Positions 9,822 through 20,300 of a DNA stretch of 64,000 nt are shown here, in pieces. The DNA lies in NCBI GenBank assembly GCA_029560465.1, contig JAKQKX010000073.1, forward strand, positions 79,411 to 143,410, read 5' to 3'. The DNA comes from Candidatus Omnitrophota bacterium (GTDB lineage: Bacteria; Omnitrophota; Gorgyraeia; Zapsychrales; JANLHA01). Under the pieces are notes generated by a model. It saw only the letters and a program-made list of their open reading frames with translations. It did not search any database and was not told where the DNA came from. The translations under genes were made by a program, and so were the position numbers. Numbering within the stretch: the stretch's first letter is position 1; every line of letters begins with the position of its first letter.

Positions 9822-10171
9822 TGCGTATCACTAATCAAACAAAAAACACGCTTATTGCCGACCGAGCCCGGTTAGCCGACACGATTGTGTCGCGCTTGGT
9901 GGGGCTTCTTTCCCGGGCATCGTTGTCTTCCCAGGAAGGGTTGGTGATTACAGAGTGCCGGCAAATCCACATGTTGTTTATGCGATTTGCTATAGATGTC
10001 ATTTTCGTCAACAGGGACAACAAGGTTGTAGGGCTGGTCAGAGATATTAAACCTTTCCGAATGAGCCCGTACTTTTTTCGGGCCCAGAAAGCCATAGAAT
10101 TGCCCGTCGGGGTGATTGATTCCTCTCGAACAGAAAAAGGAGACACCCTTTTCTTGAAGGACGAAGAATAG
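9821..10171 (+). CDS. DUF192 family protein
   Basis: RLVGLL, IHMLFMRFAIDVIFV and AIELPVG motifs; GTG start overlaps the TAG of cpaE/F. Confidence 0.85.
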   Translation: MRITNQTKNTLIADRARLADTIVSRLVGLLSRASLSSQEGLVITECRQIHMLFMRFAIDVIFVNRDNKVVGLVRDIKPFRMSPYFFRAQKAIELPVGVIDSSRTEKGDTLFLKDEE

Positions 10172-10191
10172 TCTTTTTTCGAGAGGCTTAA

Positions 10192-10476
10192 TTAAACCAG
10201 GTCTTCGGGATCAATGTCTTTGGCCGCCTGCTCGATTTCGTCGAGCCATCGTTTACAATGTCGGCAAATTTTTGCTTCCAGTAGTATTTTTTTCCCGCAA
10301 AACAGACAATGCTTTTTATCAAGGCTTGGAAAGTCTGTTCTTATCACGGTATCAATGATGAATTGTAAACAATGTGGACAACGGAGATTTTCTTCTGATG
10401 GGAGGATTTCGTAGCAATAAGGACATTTAATCATGGCTCGGTGCTTTTCTGTGTCGACGTCCTCTTTCAGCGCCAT
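10192..10476 (-). CDS. Small double zinc-ribbon protein
   Basis: Four CxxC pairs (CPYC, CPHC, CLFC, CRHC); the last two follow the CxxCGxxIxxxAxxCxxC pattern. Confidence 0.7.
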   Translation of the reverse strand: MALKEDVDTEKHRAMIKCPYCYEILPSEENLRCPHCLQFIIDTVIRTDFPSLDKKHCLFCGKKILLEAKICRHCKRWLDEIEQAAKDIDPEDLV

Positions 10477-10729
10477 GTTTTTGTTTTTTTCTTCGATACA
10501 TTTTTTTGGCGGTCCTTTGTTTATAAAAAGCGGGGGTTCTTGTGTCTATTGCGTGGGAAGACTGAATGATACAATTATATAGACATTTTTACGTTTTTAC
10601 TAATAATACTTATTTTTTTTGGCAGGAAAGAAGTTGGTAATATCTTTGGGTTTTGGACAATAGTTCTTTGCTTTGGCAAGGATTATGTTATACTATTTTT
10701 ATTAATGTCCAATCAAATTTCTTCCATTT

Positions 10730-12433
10730 ATGGGTGTCGTATATAAACTTACACAAAGTGTTATTGATTTTATTCTGGCTGAAAAGGCCGCGAGCCCAAC
10801 CTTAAGTTGCCGGAAACTCGCCGAGTTGGTTTATAAAAATTTTTCGATTAGATTATCAAAATCTTCTATAAGTGCGGTTTTAAAAGAAGCGCATTTGAAT
10901 AGCCCTGTTGGACGAAGGACCTTGCCCGGATCTTCATGCCCCCCCCAGTTAACTAGAAAAAAGCCTAAGAAAGTTTTGATCAACAAGATCGCTTTTCAAC
11001 CTTATCCGCAAGAAGTTTTTGATGTAAAAGCTGGGATTTCTGATCTTTCTTCCTTGCCGGATGAAACTAAAAAAGCTTTTCAAGTGGTTCCTGATATTGG
11101 TTATATGTTTATAAAAGCAGCGGAATGGGAGCTCTTCAGGGAATCCTTTTTAGCAGAAATTTTTTCCGAAAGATTTTCGTTTTTTGATAAGATCCAAATT
11201 AATAGTTTGGTTGAAAAATTGCTTTATATGGAAATTTTTGAAAAAAACGACGCTTCTGAAGGTCTATGGAAAGAGGGCCTTTCTCAGAATGATAAGCGTA
11301 TATTCAACGTAGAAGGGCTTTGGTCCGAATTAAGTGGTATGGACAATTGGGCTGAAACCGTGATGAAATTTGTTGTAAATTTGCAGTATTATATGACAAA
11401 AGTGTCTTTTGTTCAGTTGAAGTTGGAAAACGGGAAAAATCTCTTCTTGGATGCGGAGGTAAGTTCAGTTTGGACAAATGATTCAGATTTGCCATTCTTT
11501 AATACGGTAAACCAAAGTACCAAAGCAATTTCTGACGAAATTATTAATAATGTCCAACCTGTAACGTTTTGTTTTTGTCCAATCTTAAACATCAAAGAAA
11601 ATCTTTCTCAAAAAGTATATTGTGCTCAACAATTTTTAGATTTATGTGCGACCTTTGATAATAAGGAAGGAAAACGAATTCTTCAAATTTCCATGTTGGA
11701 TTCCGAGATGAACGAAATAGCCTGTTTTGGTTCGATTCCACCGAAGAAACGGTATTTCATTACCTGTCTTTGGCCTTGGCAACCAGAATTTCATCCTTTA
11801 TTGAGAGCTATTAGAGCAAACAGATTAGAAAAATTTATGGATCCTTTTTTTGAAACCTGTGTGTATTTTTTTGAAACTTTTACCACCCTTCCTGTTGATG
11901 ATGACTTTCAGCCAAGATTAGGATTGAGGGTCTTTCCTTTAAAAGAAAATCGAATGTCAAGCCCCTTTGGGATTATATTAACGAATGCCCCTAATGATTT
12001 GTATCCTGCTAGTAAGATATTAGAGCGATATTGTCGTCGATGGCCAAATTTTCAACGAGGATTTAACTATTCTGTTGGAAAAATTAAGGCGAAGGATTCC
12101 CAATTTTTGTTATTTCAAGGAAATAATTTTAATATAAATAAAAATATTAATATTAAAAAAATTTTCGCCGACTTTTTAGCTCATTACGCTTGGCATACTT
12201 ATTTTTCATCCGGGAAAAAAAGTCTAATTCCTGTGCACCTGAAAGACATTATCCTTCCTTTGTCTGGAACGATCACGGTTCACCCCGAGTCGAGGCAGAT
12301 CCTTTTGATGCCGAGCAGTGATTATGCCTGCCTCGAGGAACTTAACTCTGCTGTGACTCGGATTAATGAAAGAAACATCGTGGATTTTTATGGCAAGCGG
12401 CTGATGATGAAGATCGTTTCTCGTCGACAATAA
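10730..12433 (+). CDS. Hypothetical protein with N-terminal HTH and degenerate DDE-transposase-like C-terminal motifs
   Basis: 567 aa AT-rich ORF; LSCRKLAELVYKNFSIRLSKSSISAVLK (HTH-like) and ILTN...ILERYCRRW (IS4-superfamily-like YxxRW); preceded by an extended -10 TGtTATACT (10686-10694). Confidence 0.55.
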   Translation: MGVVYKLTQSVIDFILAEKAASPTLSCRKLAELVYKNFSIRLSKSSISAVLKEAHLNSPVGRRTLPGSSCPPQLTRKKPKKVLINKIAFQPYPQEVFDVKAGISDLSSLPDETKKAFQVVPDIGYMFIKAAEWELFRESFLAEIFSERFSFFDKIQINSLVEKLLYMEIFEKNDASEGLWKEGLSQNDKRIFNVEGLWSELSGMDNWAETVMKFVVNLQYYMTKVSFVQLKLENGKNLFLDAEVSSVWTNDSDLPFFNTVNQSTKAISDEIINNVQPVTFCFCPILNIKENLSQKVYCAQQFLDLCATFDNKEGKRILQISMLDSEMNEIACFGSIPPKKRYFITCLWPWQPEFHPLLRAIRANRLEKFMDPFFETCVYFFETFTTLPVDDDFQPRLGLRVFPLKENRMSSPFGIILTNAPNDLYPASKILERYCRRWPNFQRGFNYSVGKIKAKDSQFLLFQGNNFNINKNINIKKIFADFLAHYAWHTYFSSGKKSLIPVHLKDIILPLSGTITVHPESRQILLMPSSDYACLEELNSAVTRINERNIVDFYGKRLMMKIVSRRQ

Positions 12434-12459
12434 TATATTTTTACCCCAAGATTCAATCC

Positions 12460-12489
12460 TTGACATTTTGTAATATATTATGATATACT
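12460..12489 (+). promoter_or_regulatory. sigma70 promoter of the pilin cluster
   Basis: TTGACA (12460-12465), 18 nt spacer, TATACT (12484-12489) with an extended -10 TG. Confidence 0.65.
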
Positions 12490-12603
12490 TCATTCAACGT
12501 TGGGAAATAAATGACAGGTCATTATATGACAAATATTTTAAGAACCATAGTTCAGTCTTTGGTGAGATTTTTAAAAGCGTTGGTTGATAAGCCCGCTTTC
12601 TTT

Positions 12604-12644
12604 AACAGGCTTCTTTATATAAATAAAGAAGCCTGTTTTGTTTT
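12604..12644 (+). terminator. Intrinsic terminator-like hairpin in the pilin cluster leader
   Basis: Perfect 15-bp stem AACAGGCTTCTTTAT/ATAAAGAAGCCTGTT followed by TTGTTTT. Confidence 0.65.
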
Positions 12645-12833
12645 AGCTCTTTCATAATTTTAAAAATTGCTTTTTACCCCTTTGTGGGGTTTAATCCGTT
12701 AGATTTGGGTTGTTTTTTGTGGGCCCAAACTAATGGATACCGGAAATATCCGGTAATATAGCCCGTAGTGAATCCACTCTTTGGTTGCAAGAGTTGGGTA
12801 CGAATCATCTGGGGGCACGGAGGTGAGGGCGCG

Positions 12834-12992
12834 ATGGGGCATAATAAGGGTAAGCAAGAAAAAGGACAAAACATAGTTGAATATGCCATCGTCGTGGCCT
12901 TGGTCGCATCAGCCATGCTTGCCATGAGCACCTACGTGTTTAGATCTATTCAGGCAACACAACAGGTGATTTCAGAAGGATTCAGAGATTAA
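12834..12992 (+). CDS. Flp-type pilin (52 aa)
   Basis: Basic leader KG|QNIVEYAIVVALV; SD GGAGGT at 12819-12824 supports ATG 12834. Confidence 0.8.
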   Translation: MGHNKGKQEKGQNIVEYAIVVALVASAMLAMSTYVFRSIQATQQVISEGFRD

Positions 12993-13056
12993 AATGGCGG
13001 AATGGAAAACCGCCTAGCTTTGAGTGGTATGGATCAAACTATAGGAGGAATTACTA

Positions 13057-13263
13057 ATGGTATACAAGAACAGAAAAAAGAAAGGGCAAAGCACCCTCGA
13101 GTATATTATCCTGGTGACAGGTGTTATTGCCATTCTGATTATTTTCTTAAACCCGACTAATGGTATTTTTAACACAGCGTTTAATTCAACCTTGCGTACG
13201 GGTACGAATGGCATGTTTGATATGGCCAATCGGTTACAAACATCTCGTTATGATAATCCGTAA
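13057..13263 (+). CDS. Flp-type pilin, major pilin candidate
   Basis: RKKKG|QSTLEYIILVTGVIAILIIFL; SD AGGAGG. Confidence 0.85.
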   Translation: MVYKNRKKKGQSTLEYIILVTGVIAILIIFLNPTNGIFNTAFNSTLRTGTNGMFDMANRLQTSRYDNP

Positions 13264-13302
13264 TTAATTATCAAGAGACAAAAGTAAATGGAGGAAACAT
13301 AA

Positions 13303-13677
13303 ATGTTTAGAAAGTTAATTAAGAATAAAAAAGCACAGCAAACAGCCGAATACGCGCTGTTAATTTCTCTTGTTGTCGCGGCGGTCATTGCTATGCAAAC
13401 TTATGCGCAACGAACCATTCAGGCGAGAATTCGTGACGCTTCTGCCTATTTGACAGACTCTACAAGCGCCTTAGGTAGAACCAACCAGTATGAACCTTAT
13501 TATCTGGAATCTGATTACAATGTCCTGCGTGATGACAGGGAAGAAGAATTGCAAGGGCAAAGAGCCGACTCCTCTGGGTTGTTCCAGTTAGACACAACCA
13601 GCAATAGAACTCGCGCAACCGGCGGTTATCAGACATCCAATTATGACACCAATTTTGGTGTAATTAATGGTATCTAA
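13303..13677 (+). CDS. Pilin-like protein
   Basis: KKA|QQTAEYALLISLVVAAVIAM; SD GGAGG. Confidence 0.82.
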   Translation: MFRKLIKNKKAQQTAEYALLISLVVAAVIAMQTYAQRTIQARIRDASAYLTDSTSALGRTNQYEPYYLESDYNVLRDDREEELQGQRADSSGLFQLDTTSNRTRATGGYQTSNYDTNFGVINGI

Positions 13678-13730
13678 GATCCAGATAACTTAGTGTAACG
13701 AAAATCTGAATTTTAAGGGAGGAATTTTCA

Positions 13731-14051
13731 ATGTTTAAGTTTCTAAGAAAAATAAAAGGGCAAAGTACTTTAGAGTACGCCGTCTTGATTATCATCGTCA
13801 TCGGTGCTCTTTTATCTATCCAGGTTTACATCAAAAGAGGTGTTCAGGGTAGATTAAAGAGTGCAACAGATGACATCGGTGATCAATATTCACCGGGCAA
13901 CTCAAACATCCGTCGTGTTGTGACTACAGTTAGCAATACTGCTGAAACGTTCACCTATGGTGTTTCTTCAACAACCTTGAACACGGATGAAGTTACCGAA
14001 ACATTGCAGAACCAGGTTATCATTAACGCCGAACAGGAATTCTGGGGTTAA
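13731..14051 (+). CDS. Pilin-like protein
   Basis: KIKG|QSTLEYAVLIIIVIGALL followed by YIKRGVQGR; SD GGAGG. Confidence 0.85.
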   Translation: MFKFLRKIKGQSTLEYAVLIIIVIGALLSIQVYIKRGVQGRLKSATDDIGDQYSPGNSNIRRVVTTVSNTAETFTYGVSSTTLNTDEVTETLQNQVIINAEQEFWG

Positions 14052-14086
14052 TTTTAGTTTATTAGATAACCAGAATGTTTTAAGCT

Positions 14087-14145
14087 AAATAAAGTATGGC
14101 TTACTTGAGGGGGAGAACAACTTTCGGGTAAGCCATACTTTATTT
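14087..14145 (+). terminator. Strong stem-loop after the first four pilin genes
   Basis: AAATAAAGTATGGCTTAC (14087-14104) is the exact reverse complement of GTAAGCCATACTTTATTT (14128-14145). Confidence 0.65.
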
Positions 14146-14173
14146 ATAATCAGTTTGAACATTAAAATACTCT

Positions 14174-14566
14174 ATGAAACTTAACAAGAAGGGCCAAAAT
14201 TCTTTTGTTGAATATGCCACGACTTTTTTTCTGGTTGTTTCGATTATTTCGGTGATGGGCACGTATGTCCGTCGAGTATTGCAGGGGCGCACAAGAGACG
14301 CCCTGTATTATATGGCCGGCACCGTGCAGGCGGATTATAATTGCGGTGGAGCCGCAGATTGCGCCCTTCCGAATCATGGCTCTTTTTATTTTCAATATGA
14401 GCCGTATTACAGCAATTCAACGACAACGCGATATACGGACACGACCACGACCATGACAGAACAGGGCGCCTTTCCTCTGGGGTCGGGGATCGTAGAGCAG
14501 ATTTTTAATCACCAGATTAGCGCCATAACAAACCAAACGCAGTTGCCACCGGCTTTGGCTGATTAA
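14174..14566 (+). CDS. Minor pilin-like protein
   Basis: KKG|QNSFVEYATTFFLVV, hydrophobic helix, QYEPYY motif shared with the 13303 gene. Confidence 0.78.
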   Translation: MKLNKKGQNSFVEYATTFFLVVSIISVMGTYVRRVLQGRTRDALYYMAGTVQADYNCGGAADCALPNHGSFYFQYEPYYSNSTTTRYTDTTTTMTEQGAFPLGSGIVEQIFNHQISAITNQTQLPPALAD

Positions 14567-14586
14567 TTAAAAATTTTAATAAGAAT

Positions 14587-14925
14587 ATGAGAAGAAAGTA
14601 TAAGAATTCCGCGCAAACATTTTTAGAGTATGCTATGCTAGTGAGTGTCGTTGTCGCGGTCCTGATTTCTCTTACCCCGTTATTGCGCAGAGGGGTCCAG
14701 GGGATGATTCGGGTTGTTTCCGACCAAGTCGGCAATCAATCCGGCGCGGAGCAGCCCGGCGGGCTCGATGGGCATTTGGTTGAGCAGATAATAGACGTGG
14801 ATCAAGCCTCCGTCAGGCGGCGGAGGGAAGATTTTGGAGAGACGCGGGTGGATTATGACGGCACGGTGTCACAAACAGTTACGACCACAACCACGAATTT
14901 AGGATTTCAGTATAGAGATAACTAA
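14587..14925 (+). CDS. Minor pilin-like protein
   Basis: SA|QTFLEYAMLVSVVVAVL followed by RRGVQG. Confidence 0.78.
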   Translation: MRRKYKNSAQTFLEYAMLVSVVVAVLISLTPLLRRGVQGMIRVVSDQVGNQSGAEQPGGLDGHLVEQIIDVDQASVRRRREDFGETRVDYDGTVSQTVTTTTTNLGFQYRDN

Positions 14926-14950
14926 AAGGCTTTAAAATGAGGGTACGGGC

Positions 14951-15259
14951 ATGAAGTTATTACGAGGGCAAAGCACTTTGGAATATGTGACGCTTATTAC
15001 AATTATTTTAGGGGTATTCCTGGGGATGGGGACTTATTTTAAAAGAGGGGTTCAGGGGCGGTGGAAGGAATCCGTTGACGGAATGGGCGACCAATACGAC
15101 CCGCGGGTGACTAATACAGATATTACTGAGCGGGCGAGTGGGTTTTCCTCCACGCGTATTACCACAATCCCGGTTAACGCCGGGGTCTGGACAATGCGGG
15201 ATGACGATTCCAACATGCTTGAAGAAAAGTACGGGGCGTCAAGAGTGGCCGCCTATTAA
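14951..15259 (+). CDS. Minor pilin-like protein
   Basis: RG|QSTLEYVTLITIILGVFL followed by YFKRGVQGR..QYDP. Confidence 0.8.
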   Translation: MKLLRGQSTLEYVTLITIILGVFLGMGTYFKRGVQGRWKESVDGMGDQYDPRVTNTDITERASGFSSTRITTIPVNAGVWTMRDDDSNMLEEKYGASRVAAY

Positions 15260-15279
15260 TGAAACGTAAATTTTAAATT

Positions 15280-16995
15280 ATGAAATGTGACAAAGGAAAG
15301 ATTCGGAACCCTCGATTAGGCCAATCAGGGACGGAGTTGGCTATCTTTGGGGCCATGCTTATTTTTATAATCGGTTCCATTATTAAAGCGGGACTGCAGG
15401 TTAGTATGCTTAACAATATGCAATTACGAGCTTTGCGCCTTGCCTTGAGCGAATCTTACCGGACGTCCGAAGGCGAGTACATTGGTTTTGCTGGGGACGA
15501 AGGCGCGAACTCCCGGAACGTGGCGTCTATTGTTATTTTGGAAGACAGATTGAATGTGGATGCGGGTAAGAAATTCGGGTCTCGGGACAGGTTCCCGATG
15601 ACAGCCAGCGCCAGCGCTTCTATGACAAAAAATTTATTCCGTCCGACAGATTTTGGAGATCGCCGGGACCTGCCGGTGTCGGATATTTATATTAACGGCC
15701 AACGCTTTCCGTTATTAGGGGCGGATTTCAAAACAGTCACCCTTGCCAACGCTGACGGAAGCCGACCTGCCTGGATACCAGCGTGCAATGGCGCGGCACC
15801 GGCATATTTTAATTCCAGCGCCCCGCCCGCGAATCCTCCCTACGGAATGTGCTGGTGGAATAGCTGTGTTACTTATTCGAGTTGTGTTTATGTGGGATAC
15901 GGGGGCAATTATGAATTAGGTTACATGGGGGAATGTGTTATGGCAACAGGAGGGGCCGGCACGGGAGAGTATGATTTGGTGACAAATTCTGCGGGATGTT
16001 CGTTGCTGTTTACTATATCAGGCAATTATCCTAAGAGTAAAACGTGTTGTTTTGGGACCACATGTCAAAAAAATTGTAATAATCTTCCTCAAGACGTCCG
16101 TTTTGATTATGATTTTGACGGCGTATCTGATGTGCCTGCCGGGAGCCGGGACGGACAATTCTGGCAGTGGTTTTTAATCGCCGGGGTAGTTGACGGAACA
16201 GCGTTAACCTTGCCGTGGGGTGGCGTGCCGGGAATTTATGTTGATCCCAGCGGAGAGAAGGAATCGAAGAACGACAGCGTTGATGTTGACGGCGATTATT
16301 ATGAAGAGTCTATCCTTAGTTATTCTGCCTTGAGTTCTGGCGTTCTTCGAACCGTGAACGTGATTGACGGGGAGGAAGGAGATATGACCAGTTCATTCCT
16401 TTCGGATGCCCGTCAAGCCGGGGAATGGCGTTTTGCCGGGACCATCGGAGGCTCTTGTGGAGTTGAGCCGACAGGGAATTGCGTTATCGGATCAACGACG
16501 ACCGGAGAGAATGCTCTGGGGGTGTGTTCGAATTATAAATGCCTTGCTCGTTCAGTTGGTTTTTCTGAGGGCGCGCAGGTTTATACATTTACGGAATCTA
16601 ATCCAGGCCAAGAAACAGGTCAGGGAATGTATCTTCGGACGGAAGAAGGCCCGATTTTTAATGCCAACATGTCGCAATACACCCGGAGCACGGAAAGGCA
16701 TGACCAGCTAGATGTTGTGGAGCGGTTGGTTCAGCTTACCAAGGACACGGGCAGGTTTTGTGCCGACGATGTTAATCCTCGCGTCTGGGGAACTTCGGCG
16801 TGGGCGCGCGATAATGGGCTGTATGGAATTCAGAATCCGGTCGAAGTTTGTACCCGGCCCAGCACGGGAACCAATTGTTATATGGGGGGCGTCGCACAGT
16901 TGACATGTTTTGACAGGGACAACTTGATGTTGTTTGTCAGGAGCCGGATTGCCGATCTTAGAGGGAGGCGTTGGATAAGAAGATACGCCCCGTAA
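15280..16995 (+). CDS. Large Cys-rich pilin-like protein (putative adhesin)
   Basis: LG|QSGTELAIFGAMLIFII prepilin N-terminus; many Cys; Ca-loop-like DYDFDG and DVDGD. Confidence 0.7.
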   Translation: MKCDKGKIRNPRLGQSGTELAIFGAMLIFIIGSIIKAGLQVSMLNNMQLRALRLALSESYRTSEGEYIGFAGDEGANSRNVASIVILEDRLNVDAGKKFGSRDRFPMTASASASMTKNLFRPTDFGDRRDLPVSDIYINGQRFPLLGADFKTVTLANADGSRPAWIPACNGAAPAYFNSSAPPANPPYGMCWWNSCVTYSSCVYVGYGGNYELGYMGECVMATGGAGTGEYDLVTNSAGCSLLFTISGNYPKSKTCCFGTTCQKNCNNLPQDVRFDYDFDGVSDVPAGSRDGQFWQWFLIAGVVDGTALTLPWGGVPGIYVDPSGEKESKNDSVDVDGDYYEESILSYSALSSGVLRTVNVIDGEEGDMTSSFLSDARQAGEWRFAGTIGGSCGVEPTGNCVIGSTTTGENALGVCSNYKCLARSVGFSEGAQVYTFTESNPGQETGQGMYLRTEEGPIFNANMSQYTRSTERHDQLDVVERLVQLTKDTGRFCADDVNPRVWGTSAWARDNGLYGIQNPVEVCTRPSTGTNCYMGGVAQLTCFDRDNLMLFVRSRIADLRGRRWIRRYAP

Positions 16996-17014
16996 GGATT
17001 ATAGGTGAATTGTT

Positions 17015-17314
17015 ATGAAAACACGGAAAAGGAATCAAAGGAAAAAGCTTTATAAATGGCCGGGACAGGTGTCTTTGGAGTTTATGTTTGGGATGATCGG
17101 TGTCGTTTTGCTTGTGGTCGGGATGATTCAGGTTTTTGCCTGGACAGGCAATGACCTGATGAAACGTTTTAACTCTCATGAAGCTCTTTTGGTTTCTCCG
17201 GTTGGCACTTCTCAACCTGCGGCTCCTTTAGAACAGGTCCGGCCGATGTTTTATTCGGTCACAAAAATAAACGCAACGGTTAATAGCAATATTTTTGGAG
17301 AGGAAGCTCCTTAA
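17015..17314 (+). CDS. TadE-like pseudopilin
   Basis: Basic leader, PG|QVSLEFMFGMIGVVLLVVGMI. Confidence 0.75.
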   Translation: MKTRKRNQRKKLYKWPGQVSLEFMFGMIGVVLLVVGMIQVFAWTGNDLMKRFNSHEALLVSPVGTSQPAAPLEQVRPMFYSVTKINATVNSNIFGEEAP

Positions 17315-20300
17315 TTCTAAATTTATTACCCCGGGGGTCAAGTTGTTGCATGTTTTTTACAAAGGCGTAAGGCGAGTCCGAAGATGGCAACATAAAAAGC
17401 GGAATGCTTTTTTCTTTGTTCCCAACAACAGCGGTGATTCCACAAGAATGCCGCCTCGGCATGTTGCCGGGCAAGTCGGGCTGATCCTGATTCTGGCCGC
17501 GGCCATAGGGCTGATTTTATATGCGGTCACGATTAATATCGGCAGGATTTCTCAAGGCAAAACCTTGACTATTATTGCCGCCAACACGGCGGCATCCAAG
17601 ATGGCGTCGTTTATCGCCAGTTATGGCCAAATGCTTTTTATGACGTCTTTGGGGGGAGAAACAAAAATTTGTGCCTGGACCGGATTTTTAGTAAAGCTCA
17701 TTGCGGCCATTATTGTTGTGGTCATTGTTGTTATTTGCGCCGCTACCGAACAATGTGAGGGATGGGGGTTAGCCGCTGCGATTGTCGCGGCGGTTCTTGT
17801 TGTGGCTGCCGCGGTTATTGATGTCACAATAACCCAGCCGGGCATTACGTCCATGTGGAACAAAATGATGAAGGACTCGATGGGGCCGAAAGAAATGGCC
17901 GTGGAACTGGGGGTGCAAACCGCCTTGATGACAGCGGTGAATGACCCTGCCCAAATTCCGGATTTATTCGACTTTGACACTGACGGTTCTTTTGGCAATT
18001 TAGCGGACCCTCTTAATAAAACCACGGCCCCGGATTATATTTCCCGCTTTGCGTATTATTATACCCGCCGCCTTCAAGGTATTCCTGATTTGAATCTTAC
18101 GATCATTGATGACTTCTTGTCTGCGTTGACGGATTTCTTGTTTGGAGGCGATCCCAATCGCTGTACGGTTTGGGGGTGCGACACGGATGATTGGGGCCTT
18201 ATTGATCCCCTAGATTGCCTGTTAACTCCCGGGCACCCCTGTTGCCCGGCCAATCCCGTTGGGAACATGCGTTTCCCGGCCATGTGTGACCCCTGTTGCG
18301 TCATTAACGATCCAGACCTTCGGCCAGCGTGCTGTGCTACGGGAACTTGCGTGGAGGACGAGGGGTTTGCCGGCGGGGATCCAAACACATGTGATGAGAG
18401 AAGCCCTTACCACACCCCGCTTCCTCCCGCAGCGCCAAACGCAAGCTTGACGTACCCGTATATTTTTAGAGGCATAAATGAAAACTCCACGAACAATAAA
18501 AACAGTTCAGGCGCTTGGGTTCCGGCCAATATTTCTTTTCGTGAATGGCTCGGCTTTGACGACGAGCATCATCAATACGCCGTTAATCCGGCCCGGCCTA
18601 ATTGGCATTATTTAATTGACGGAACCGGGGCGAATTTAGACCACTCGCAGTTGATCCGTTCCGCTCCGTTGGAGTATGATTTTTATATGGAAGACGCAAC
18701 CGGTTATTATTTGAATGACGAGAGGCCGGGGATTTTTCCGTTTTTCTATAAACTGGCGGACTGGGGTATGGATTTACAGGCTTTGACCTATGGCGCCCTG
18801 ACGCCGGATCCGCCTGATCCTCATCCGGTCCGGGATAACCTTGAGTGCCATTTATGCGATGTAGACGGGATTGCCGCGGGCACGGTCCCTGCGGTTTGCG
18901 CCGGAATGACGTATCCTTCTGAAATTGGTGTTGCGCTTGAACTTCCCGAAACTCCGGATACAGCGCTTTATAGCGGCGGCTGGTGTGTGGATGCTGCGAA
19001 TACCGGAGCCGACGGCGACCCACCCCAGTTGTTGGACGTGGTCCCCAATATTGTTGATCTTTTAGCCGATGATGCTGTCTGCGCTCAGGATGTGGGCGGC
19101 TGGAAAAGAGGGGCTGATCAATTCTGTGATCCGCCTGACCAGTGGCCTTATATGGCCGAATGCATAAAAGCCGGTGGTCCTTCCGGCGGGGGGGGGCCAC
19201 CTTGCGTGGAGGTCGATCCCGTAAGTGGGACTTCTTGGCCGGTTGATTGTGCTTGCGGAACCGGCGGGGCTTTGCCTCCGACGCCTCCCGTAGACCGGAC
19301 GTTGGCCGCGAACAACTTTCAATATGTGACCACCAACTGGCCTGATGATAAATTAGATGATTTTATCTATGGATTGCCGGAATTCTATGAATGGGCGACA
19401 ACCCTTTTTGGCAAAGATAAGGATACTTTAGAAGACACTTTCGATGATTGGTATGAGGAAGCCGCTACTTGGATTGAAGCGCCGTGCCCGAGCGGTAATG
19501 CTGCGGATTGTGCGGGAAGTTGTACCGGAGACGTGGATGGCGGATACTGGTATGTCTGGCGCGATGATTTGGGCTCTTTCTATACTCCAATTGTAAATTG
19601 GCTGAACCCACCCGATGCGGATCTTTATGTTGGTTCCGGGTGTTTTACGAACAGCTCCGCAGACCCGGCGGTTTGGTGTGTTCCTCCGCCTCAAGCGGCC
19701 GCTAATAAATATGCGGACCCCACATATCTGGGTTTTCAGTCAGGATATAACGGGTTGGAATGCCCTGGAGTAAGCCAGGAGGAACAGGCGTCTTTTGACA
19801 TTAGCGCAGATGGCCGAGGCGACATTGAAGATGTTATTGCGTGTTTTAATTGGAACCTTTTTGATCCGGCTGAAGATCCGTCCGGGGCCCCAATTATTCA
19901 CCCTGTAACCGGGGCGCAGGCTGTAGGAAATTTTGAAAAATTTGAGGCGTGTAAGTGGGATTGCGACAATAATCCGGTTAATTCCATAAACAGCTGTCCG
20001 ATCTTGCCCAGGTCGCTGGTGCCGGGGTTTGATGCTTTAATATTTACGGTTCCAATGCCCGAAGCAGATTTGATCGCGTTAACATTGTGTTTAGGAACAG
20101 AATCGATTCCAACCTGTAATGATGATTGTTCGTCGTTGCCTGGCGGATATGGCATCCCCGCTTTTGTTCCAACGTCCGATAACGCGGCCCTTCCGGCGCC
20201 AGACACGTCTTTGTTGACCAATTTAAGGGCCCTGTATGCTTTTTGCGAGGCGAATCCAGCTTCAAGTCTTCCAAACCAGTGCCGGGACCAGGGGACAACG

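Noticed and set aside
10730-12433. Active insertion sequence
   Set aside because: Catalytic Glu of the YxxRWxxE motif is absent, and I found no terminal IRs or target duplication.
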